DNA from: an uncultured Gammaproteobacteria bacterium
Lineage (GTDB): Bacteria; Patescibacteriota; Patescibacteriia; Magasanikbacterales; UBA922
Assembly: GCA_964345045.1 (NCBI GenBank)
Contig: CAYFPM010000003.1
Location: forward strand, 6,038-70,037
Direction of reading: 5' to 3'
Length of the DNA: 64,000 nucleotides
The position numbers were made by a program, and so were the translations under genes. Numbering within the stretch: position 1 is the stretch's first letter; each line of letters begins with the position of its first letter. The notes under the pieces were generated by a model that was not told the DNA's origin, did no database searches, and worked only from the letters and a program-made list of their open reading frames with translations. Below, one piece after another: positions 56,833 through 64,000 of the stretch.

Positions 56833-58338
56833 ATGAAAGCATTAATGGTATACCAAGGACAATACACCAAGATGGGGCACGCTGTGGCCAAGCTCTTGCA
56901 CCAAAAACATGGAGTGACAGAATTTTGTGCTTATGTGTTTATGGCAGACTCTACCGCCTGGCTAAGAAAACAAACCGATCTAAAATACAACCAAATTTTG
57001 GCTGATCACGAATTGCATGAATTGTACAAAAAAGAAAAAGTTGATACAGAATGGATCAAAAACTTCGAAGACAAATATGCTCCACCACAGTTGTGGCATT
57101 ATCTGTATTCGGACAAAAAACTAATGTACTCCATTGGTCCAAAAGAAGAAACTACTACTATTATTGATCCGCTTTATCCTCACGAGGATTTGTTAAAAAT
57201 TTTTCAAGCTAGAGCCAAGGCTATAGAAAAAATGCTTCTAGAAGAAAAACCGGATTTTTTGCTTTTCTTTGCTATTGGTTCACTTGGTCACTTAATTCTT
57301 TATCATGTAGCCAAAAAACTTGGAATCAAAGTTTTGAATATTGATTTTCCTAGAGTTGGCAACCGCATGTGTGTGTCGGAAGACTACAACACTCTAACTG
57401 GCGTAGAAAAATTTTATCAAGATTTTGAAAAAGCAACCGAAAAAACCGAGTATCACGAACAAGCCGAAAAATTAATTAAAAAATTCCGCGAGACAGGTTC
57501 TTTGGATTTGGAATACATGGCAGTAAACAATGATCTAAGAAATCCAGACAATCCACTTCTAAAAAATCCCAAAAGAATTATCAAAATTTTTACTTATCTT
57601 TTTAAACTTACCAAAGACTATAGACGAAACAAAGGCAAGTTTAACTACGGTATGACTAACCAACACCCTTTGCGTTTTGTTGGTCATGCTCTAAAAAGGC
57701 ATCTAAGAAGACTAAAAGGAGTAAAAGATCTATACGACGAACCAGATTGGAACGAAGACTATGCTTTTTTCCCTGTTCATTATGAACCAGAGTTAGCACT
57801 ACTACTTCTCTCCCCTTTTCATTTTGATCAACTGGCCATTATCCGCCAGATTGCTCGGGCATTGCCACTACACTACAAACTGTATGTCAAAGAGCATCCG
57901 GCTATGATATTTCGTCGTTCTAGAAAGTATTATGAGGAGCTAAAGAAAATACCAAATGTAAAACTAGTACCTCATACTGTTTCTAGTTTTGAACTAGCAA
58001 AAAATTGTAATCTAATGACTTTGATTTCTGGTACAGCCGGTTGGGAGGCTTCTATCCTTGGCAAACCAGTTATTACTTTTGGCGAAGTTTATTACAATGC
58101 TTTGTCTTTTGTAAAAAGAGCCAAAGCTTTGGAAGACTTGCCTAGATTGGTAAAAGATCAAGTGGAAAATTTTGCTTACAACGAAAAAGAAATGCAAAAC
58201 ATGGTAGCCGCTGTATTCAAGGATTCTTTTCCCTATAATTTTGCCGGGCTTTGGTATGAAAATGATATTGAAAAAATAATGAAAGACGAAGGCGTGCAAG
58301 AATTTTGCAAACGTATTGTTGAAAAAGCAAAATCATAA
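56833..58338 (+). CDS. capsule-polysaccharide-biosynthesis-like protein (KpsC/KpsS-type, PF05159-like) candidate glycosyl/nonulosonyl transferase
   Basis: C-terminal ISGTAGWEASILGKPVITFGEVYY resembles the conserved block of capsule synthesis proteins; assignment is weak. Confidence 0.4.
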   Translation: MKALMVYQGQYTKMGHAVAKLLHQKHGVTEFCAYVFMADSTAWLRKQTDLKYNQILADHELHELYKKEKVDTEWIKNFEDKYAPPQLWHYLYSDKKLMYSIGPKEETTTIIDPLYPHEDLLKIFQARAKAIEKMLLEEKPDFLLFFAIGSLGHLILYHVAKKLGIKVLNIDFPRVGNRMCVSEDYNTLTGVEKFYQDFEKATEKTEYHEQAEKLIKKFRETGSLDLEYMAVNNDLRNPDNPLLKNPKRIIKIFTYLFKLTKDYRRNKGKFNYGMTNQHPLRFVGHALKRHLRRLKGVKDLYDEPDWNEDYAFFPVHYEPELALLLLSPFHFDQLAIIRQIARALPLHYKLYVKEHPAMIFRRSRKYYEELKKIPNVKLVPHTVSSFELAKNCNLMTLISGTAGWEASILGKPVITFGEVYYNALSFVKRAKALEDLPRLVKDQVENFAYNEKEMQNMVAAVFKDSFPYNFAGLWYENDIEKIMKDEGVQEFCKRIVEKAKS

Positions 58339-58446
58339 AAACATTATCCCGACTTTGGTCGGGACTTCGCCTGTGGGCTCAGAACTTGAAAACACTAGAA
58401 CATTAAATCATTCTTTCTGTGAAACAAGTGGACAAAAACAAAAATC

Positions 58447-59142
58447 ATGAAAACAATTATTTTACTACCGACTTACAACGAAAAAGAAAATATTGGTCAA
58501 ATTGTGCCGGATATTTTTGCAGCTGTACCGGAAACTCATATTTTGGTAATTGACGACAACTCGCCAGATGGCACAGCCGAGGTGGTAAAAGAAATGCAAT
58601 CCAAATTCTCTAATTTGCATTTGCTAAATAGAGAAAAAAAAGAAGGCTTGGGCAAAGCCTATGTAGATGGTTACAAAAAAGTTTTTGCCGATTTGGGAGA
58701 TGTAGAGGTAATCTGTATGATGGATGCAGATTTTTCTCATCACCCAAAATACTTACCCGGTATATTTGCCAAAATGAAAGAATATGATTTTGTAATTGGT
58801 TCTCGTTACAACAAAGAAGGAGCAATTGAAGGTTGGGAGAAAAAACGTGAATGGCTTAGTAAGTTGGGTAATTTGTATGTACGATCTATCACTCGTATGC
58901 CGATTATGGATGCTACTAGTGGATTCGAATGTATGCGAGTTGAAAAATTAAAACAGATAGAATTTTCGCAATTTGATCCATCTGGTTATGCTTTTCAGAT
59001 TTATTTGAAATATAAAATGTGGAAAATGGGGACAAAGATTTATGAATATCCGATTTGTTTTTTTTCTCGTAGAAATGGTGAATCAAAAATTTCTTGGAAG
59101 ATTGTTTTGGAAGGGTTGCTTATTCCGTGGAGGTTGAAGTAG
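58447..59142 (+). CDS. family-2 glycosyltransferase (polyprenol-phosphate sugar synthase, Dpm1-like)
   Basis: IILLPTYNEKENIGQIVPDI ... VIDDNSPDGT. Confidence 0.8.
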   Translation: MKTIILLPTYNEKENIGQIVPDIFAAVPETHILVIDDNSPDGTAEVVKEMQSKFSNLHLLNREKKEGLGKAYVDGYKKVFADLGDVEVICMMDADFSHHPKYLPGIFAKMKEYDFVIGSRYNKEGAIEGWEKKREWLSKLGNLYVRSITRMPIMDATSGFECMRVEKLKQIEFSQFDPSGYAFQIYLKYKMWKMGTKIYEYPICFFSRRNGESKISWKIVLEGLLIPWRLK

Positions 59143-59184
59143 AAAACAAAAAACAGCCCTTTTACAGTGCTGTTTTTTACAAAA

Positions 59185-59925
59185 TTATTTTTGTTTTTTC
59201 AAATGCCGCTTCAATCGCCAAATCTTCATAAGCCCGGTAAAAGCATTTTTAATCTCTTTGAAATTGAGAGAACTTTCGCCTCTTACCCTGTTTACAAACA
59301 CAGTCGGCACTTCTCCCACTACAAGATCGCGATAATAAACACTCACCAAAATTTCACTAAGTGGAATAAAACCAGTACCTAGTCGGCCACAATGTTTTAC
59401 AATAATATCACTAGCTCGCTTGGAATAAACTCGGAAACCATTGGTGTAGTCCGAAACCGGTACTTGCAAAGTAAGTTTGGTAAGAATATTCGAAAGTTTG
59501 GAAAAAATTCTTCTCGAGAGTGGCCAATTTTCAATTCTACTTTCTGGCAAATATCTGGCTGCAATAAGCAAATCCAAATTTTCTTTTTGCAAATAATCTA
59601 CCAACTGCGGAATCTGACTAGGTGGATGAGAAAAATCTGCGTCCATTTCTACTACAATCTTGCAATCCCTATCAATCAATTTCCTTACTCCGGCAATAAC
59701 TGCCGAACCACGCCCCCCTTTTTCCTTTCGGTGTACCAAACCTACTCCAGGCAAATCTACTCCTTTTACAGCCTTGGAAGTCTCATCGTTTGGAGAATCA
59801 TCTACTACCAATACATCTGCTTCTGGTATATACTTTTTTACTTCCTTTATTAACTGGGCGATATTTTCTCCTTCGTTATAAGAAGGAATTACCACACCTA
59901 CTTTTTTACTCGTTTTATTTTCCAT
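59185..59925 (-). CDS. family-2 glycosyltransferase (polyprenol-phosphate sugar synthase, Dpm1-like)
   Basis: KVGVVIPSYNEGENIAQLIKEV ... VVDDSPNDET. The start is taken at ATG 59925, not the TTG-extended ORF. Confidence 0.8.
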   Translation of the reverse strand: MENKTSKKVGVVIPSYNEGENIAQLIKEVKKYIPEADVLVVDDSPNDETSKAVKGVDLPGVGLVHRKEKGGRGSAVIAGVRKLIDRDCKIVVEMDADFSHPPSQIPQLVDYLQKENLDLLIAARYLPESRIENWPLSRRIFSKLSNILTKLTLQVPVSDYTNGFRVYSKRASDIIVKHCGRLGTGFIPLSEILVSVYYRDLVVGEVPTVFVNRVRGESSLNFKEIKNAFTGLMKIWRLKRHLKKQK

Positions 59926-60041
59926 AAATAACAATTACAATCACGAAAAAAATACTGTTATCTCAATGCAAATTTAAAAATATAATTCTTAATCTCAAAT
60001 ACTACTAACTACAACCTACCCCCTACAACCTAAATATCTAA

Positions 60042-62681
60042 TTACTGTTTACTTTCTAGATACACTCCAAACACTTTATCAATATATTCAATTTCATCTT
60101 CTCGAAGAGAAGGGTGACACCCAATATAAAAACCATTTTTGTTGATATGATCTGCTACAGGATGTTCGTCGGTCATATCACCAAAGGCTTCAATTACAAA
60201 TGGTTGGTTGATTAATGGCAAAATGTGTCTGGTTTCTATATTGTGCAATTCCAAATAATGAGCAAAGTCATCGCGATTAATACCACTGTCTTTGTTGATC
60301 AAAATTGGGAACATCATAAATACATGTTTGTAATCTTCTCCCCAACTAGGCAATTGCAGTTGCTCGTATTTTGACAAAACCTCAATTAATTTTTTGGCAT
60401 TACTTTGTCTCTTACTAATTTCGTCTTCTATCCCATCTTCCATTTGTGCCAAACCAATAGCAGCTTCCATCTCGGTGGCGCGAAAACTATAACCAGGACG
60501 AACAAACGAAAATCTACGATTTACAATCTGCTTTAACTCATCGCTGCTTTTGCCTTTGTCATCGTCTATTTGCATATAAATACCATCGCGTCCGTGGTTG
60601 GCCAAGCTACGCAAAATCACAGCTAGCTCCGGATTATTGGTAGTAGCAAAACCACCAACTCCTGTAGCCATGATATGAGCTTGATAAGTAGAATAACAAC
60701 CAATATCACCAAAGCTACCAACTGGTTTGCCCTTTATGGCCGCAAACGAAGACTCACAGGCATCTTCAATCACTCGCAAATCATGTTTGCCTGCAATCTC
60801 CATTATTTTTTCCATGTCAGAAGCCAAGCCACACAAATGTGTTGGCAAGATTGCTTTGGTTTTGCTAGTAATTTTTTCTGCTATTTTTTCTGGATCAATA
60901 TTGTAAGTCTTGGGATCTACATCTACAAAAACCGGAGTTAATCTATTGTGAGTCACCACATTAACGTCCGAGACAAAAGTTATAGATGGAATAATTACCT
61001 CGTCCCCATCTTCCCATTTGTAAAATTCTTTCAAAGCTGCCAAAGAGATCCGCAAAGCACTGGTTCCACTATTTACAAAAATTGCAAATTTGGCATTGTG
61101 AGCTTTGGCAAACTCTGCTTCCAAAGTTTTGGTAAAAGGACCATAGCTAAGTCTATTGGTGTCCAAAGCTTTGTTGACATATTCTTTTACCCTAGGTGAA
61201 AGTTCACAAGTTCCCACCCCTATTTGGGTAGGCCATTTTTCAATTTTTTGGGTTTCTTCCATATTATTGTTTTTGTTAGGTTTGCTTATTCTACCCAAGA
61301 GACGGCTTTTTTTCAAGAGCAAATCCAGGCTATAAGCAAGTAGCAAAAATAGGTACGGATAAGCCAAAATTCTATACCTCACATAAACAGATGGGCCTAG
61401 AGCAAAAACAGAAAAATAAGCCACCATTCCTAACAAAAAAACAGCGCTAAGTAAATTTTTCTTATTTTTTCTATCTATTAACAAAGCGGAAATTATCAAA
61501 ATATAAATCAAAAACCAAACAGCCAACCCAAATACAAAAATCAAATTAAATAAATCAAATTTGAATATCCCTGCAAAAAATTGACCATACTCTTTTTGAC
61601 GCAAAAGTTCTGTAAAGTTTGGCTTGTTTACACTTCTTTCCAAGCCTACTGTTTCTAGTATCCGATCATAGCCTGTGGCAAAAAAAGCCGAAGTTCCCGA
61701 CAAAATATAATACTTCGAAACAACCGGCCAATGCTGTAAAACTTTTGTTTTTATTTCTTTTCTCAATTCTTGGTCATACAACAAAGTATGCTCCATTTTG
61801 AATCTATCAAAATTTTCTATTTTTTCTGGTAATTCTTTTATTAATTTGTCTACAGCTTCTCTGTAGGTAATATTGTGTTCAGTAGCTTCTGCCAATGGCA
61901 AAGTACGAAAATAAAGTACAAAAGTATCTACATTCGAAAGACGCCAAGAATTAAAAACCGATTTTTGACGAATAGCCCAAGGAAAAATAACTGCCAAAAA
62001 AGTAATTAAAAAAGCCAAAAAAGATAATAGTAATTTTTGCCAAGATAATTTTTTTAAAAAAGAAATAACCAATAGGACTACAAGAACCAAAGCCGGAGTG
62101 TACTGAGTGATAGGTCTGGTAAGCGTCGCAAGTCCAAAACAAAACCCTACCAAAAGTAAATAATTATGATCAGATTTAACCAACCAAAATTTAACTAGAA
62201 AATAAACTGCCCACAAAACCAACATTAGAAAAAGTGATTCGGACAAAGCCGCACTGTTTAAAAACAACAACAAAGGTTCTAGAGTAAAAAAGATGGTCGC
62301 CAACTTGGCAATTCTTTTGGAAAAAAGCAACTCCCCTATTTTGTAAACCAACACCGTAGAAATACCAAAAAACACAAACTGCCCCAAAACCAAAAAACCA
62401 ATTGGTAAGCCAAAAATATAAAACAAAGATAAATAAAGTGGATAAAGCGGGGTTCTAAGGGCAGATGTAAATTCATACATCATAAAACCATTTCCCTTGG
62501 CGATATTTTCTGCCAGGCTCAGGTAACCATGTGTATCCGAATTACCAACTACAAAAAAATCTCCACCAAACTTGGAAACAAGCAGCAAAGAAATTAAACT
62601 ATTCAAAAATATAGATATACAAAAAACCAGTGTTTCAAACTGATATTTTTGTATTATGTTTCTTATATTCCTCACAAACAA
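60042..62681 (-). CDS. fusion protein: N-terminal GT-C membrane glycosyltransferase (about 470 aa) + C-terminal DegT/ArnB-like aminotransferase-fold domain (about 400 aa)
   Basis: Single uninterrupted 879-codon frame. The N-domain is paralogous to 39681..41096. The C-domain has DegT-family blocks (FVNSGTSAL; VIEDACES; GCYSTYQAHIMATGVGG). The position of the PLP lysine appears occupied by His (compare SFHPAKNITTGEGG in 25523..26650). Confidence 0.6.
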   Translation of the reverse strand: MFVRNIRNIIQKYQFETLVFCISIFLNSLISLLLVSKFGGDFFVVGNSDTHGYLSLAENIAKGNGFMMYEFTSALRTPLYPLYLSLFYIFGLPIGFLVLGQFVFFGISTVLVYKIGELLFSKRIAKLATIFFTLEPLLLFLNSAALSESLFLMLVLWAVYFLVKFWLVKSDHNYLLLVGFCFGLATLTRPITQYTPALVLVVLLVISFLKKLSWQKLLLSFLAFLITFLAVIFPWAIRQKSVFNSWRLSNVDTFVLYFRTLPLAEATEHNITYREAVDKLIKELPEKIENFDRFKMEHTLLYDQELRKEIKTKVLQHWPVVSKYYILSGTSAFFATGYDRILETVGLERSVNKPNFTELLRQKEYGQFFAGIFKFDLFNLIFVFGLAVWFLIYILIISALLIDRKNKKNLLSAVFLLGMVAYFSVFALGPSVYVRYRILAYPYLFLLLAYSLDLLLKKSRLLGRISKPNKNNNMEETQKIEKWPTQIGVGTCELSPRVKEYVNKALDTNRLSYGPFTKTLEAEFAKAHNAKFAIFVNSGTSALRISLAALKEFYKWEDGDEVIIPSITFVSDVNVVTHNRLTPVFVDVDPKTYNIDPEKIAEKITSKTKAILPTHLCGLASDMEKIMEIAGKHDLRVIEDACESSFAAIKGKPVGSFGDIGCYSTYQAHIMATGVGGFATTNNPELAVILRSLANHGRDGIYMQIDDDKGKSSDELKQIVNRRFSFVRPGYSFRATEMEAAIGLAQMEDGIEDEISKRQSNAKKLIEVLSKYEQLQLPSWGEDYKHVFMMFPILINKDSGINRDDFAHYLELHNIETRHILPLINQPFVIEAFGDMTDEHPVADHINKNGFYIGCHPSLREDEIEYIDKVFGVYLESKQ

Positions 62682-62712
62682 AAACTTACAACTGAATCTT
62701 CTCCAATTTTAT

Positions 62713-63981
62713 CTATAATTTATAAACCACGATATCACCAAATTCTATTACCTTTTCCAAACCAAATCTATTATCTATTTCCCATTCTGGATTGTCTTTT
62801 TTGTCCCAGACCAGATACTCCACCGGATATCGTTTTAAAAATTCTATAAAATTATCATCTGTTAGTTTGGTATATTTTTCTACAGCATTTTCTATTACAC
62901 TATCTGGGAAACAACCCAGACATACATCTGGTAAAAATCTATATTGATAAGCAAAGACATAATCACTAATCTCATTTCTGTTTGCCTCGGCATAAATTGC
63001 AAAAGTGCTGGTTGGAATAGCCCCCAAATATTTATAAGCCAAATAACCATCCAAAAGTCTTTCATTGGGAGCCAAAGTATAAACCGTACTGCCAGTATAA
63101 TAAGAATCTCCATGGCTAGCAGCCGACAAAAATTCGGACATGCGGTGCGAAGTAAAAAACGGAGTGGCAACTTTTGTTTCTTGGTCAACCCATTCCAAAA
63201 ACGGCGCATATCTTTGTTCTTCTACTACTGTTGGCAAAGCTGTTTTGTAGCCAGTATATTGTGACAAAAATCCATTGTAAAAAGCCAAGGCAACTAGGAT
63301 AATCCCCAATACAAGCTTGGCAAAACGATCTTTATTAATTTTACCTACCAGAAAAAAAGCAAAAGTAACCAAAAATATAATTACAAGTGGAGTATTGTAA
63401 TACCAATGATAGTGATGATTGAAAAGATATAATCCAGTAATAACTTGTTCATTTACCACTACAACCCCTGCTATAAAAAAGGCCGTAAAAAAAGTTCTAA
63501 TATTTTTTTCAAACCATTTTCTAGTTAACAAAAACAAAACAAAAGTAACCAAAACCACTCTACTAAGATTTAATTGCCTGGTATGAACAAAACCAAATCT
63601 CGGTGAAGACTCTGCATACCAATCATGAGAACGCAAACCAAAAACATGCAGCAAATATGGCAGCCCCATAATACTAGCCCCAAGAGAAACAAAAAATACT
63701 TTTTTGGCTTGTTCTTTTTCTTTGTTAAAAAGATAAATCAAAAACAAAATTCCGTTTAACGCAAAAATAAATGTCCAGGTATAAAGATAAACATAAAAAG
63801 ACAAACCCAAAATAACCGTGGCAAAAATACCATAATAGGTTTGTTCTCTACTTTGTAGAAAACGCCAAAAAAATGTGAGGTAAGCAAAAAAGAACAAAGA
63901 ACTAACTTGCGGATTAATTGGCCGTCCATAATCTATAAAGCTTCCTGCACCAGACCAAGCGCTTGGTTTTAAAATATTCAA
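62713..63981 (-). CDS. multi-TM membrane protein with C-terminal soluble domain (possibly N-terminally truncated by the window edge)
   Basis: Hydrophobic helices through about 240 aa, then a soluble tail; the window ends 19 nt upstream. Confidence 0.35.
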   Translation of the reverse strand: MNILKPSAWSGAGSFIDYGRPINPQVSSLFFFAYLTFFWRFLQSREQTYYGIFATVILGLSFYVYLYTWTFIFALNGILFLIYLFNKEKEQAKKVFFVSLGASIMGLPYLLHVFGLRSHDWYAESSPRFGFVHTRQLNLSRVVLVTFVLFLLTRKWFEKNIRTFFTAFFIAGVVVVNEQVITGLYLFNHHYHWYYNTPLVIIFLVTFAFFLVGKINKDRFAKLVLGIILVALAFYNGFLSQYTGYKTALPTVVEEQRYAPFLEWVDQETKVATPFFTSHRMSEFLSAASHGDSYYTGSTVYTLAPNERLLDGYLAYKYLGAIPTSTFAIYAEANRNEISDYVFAYQYRFLPDVCLGCFPDSVIENAVEKYTKLTDDNFIEFLKRYPVEYLVWDKKDNPEWEIDNRFGLEKVIEFGDIVVYKL

Positions 63982-64000
63982 AATATGACTTGGATTGAGA

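Noticed and set aside
60042-62681. Splitting the 879-aa ORF into two genes at the internal Met (about 61262)
   Set aside because: No in-frame stop separates the domains and no RBS precedes the internal ATG; retained as a fusion but flagged for verification.
1-64000. CRISPR array
   Set aside because: The repeat families found are dispersed singly or as inverted pairs with no regularly spaced direct repeats; no cas genes.
1-64000. IS element / transposase / integrase
   Set aside because: No DDE, serine or tyrosine recombinase-like ORF seen; the only mobility-type proteins are the DUF559 and GIY-YIG nucleases.

Overview
The window is low-GC (about one-third G+C by eye), gene-dense, almost entirely minus-strand, and looks like a cell-envelope glycan locus from a small-genome, possibly CPR/Patescibacteria-like, bacterium. 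The core is a nonulosonic-acid (pseudaminic/legionaminic-type) pathway: PseB-like dehydratase, PseC/LegC aminotransferase, GNAT, NeuB-family synthase, CMP-sugar cytidylyltransferase, and a WbpG/HisH/HisF amidotransferase trio implying an acetamidino substituent. It also carries formyl-, carbamoyl-, methyl- and SGNH (O-acetyl)-type tailoring genes, UDP-sugar enzymes (Ugd, WecB/WecC, several epimerases), a WbaP-like initiating transferase, a Wzx-like flippase, and many GT2/GT4/GT-C glycosyltransferases. Three things stand out. (1) An unusual carrier-protein acylation module (AAC(3)-fold N-acyltransferase + LuxC-like + LuxE-like + AMP-ligase + ACP + AcpS) sits beside the nonulosonate genes. (2) Four gene-sized, strongly GC-rich islands carry different codon usage and TTG/GTG starts, yet each sits behind host-style AT-rich promoters and the same A-tract/CTGAG-hairpin/T-tract terminator design. 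They encode a MopE-motif lipoprotein, a divergent membrane/helical protein pair, a tiny acidic protein, and a 1337-aa secreted M23 peptidase with triple Cys-rich repeats bracketed by an 18-bp direct repeat. (3) Several short repeat families punctuate the locus: GTCATCCTGAGCG-TIR MITE-like elements, a GTCATTGCGAGG hairpin, and CTCCCCTATTAGGGGAG palindrome pairs, one of which encloses a DUF559 endonuclease gene. I found no rRNA, tRNA, CRISPR array or transposase. All calls are from motif recognition by eye; no database search was possible.
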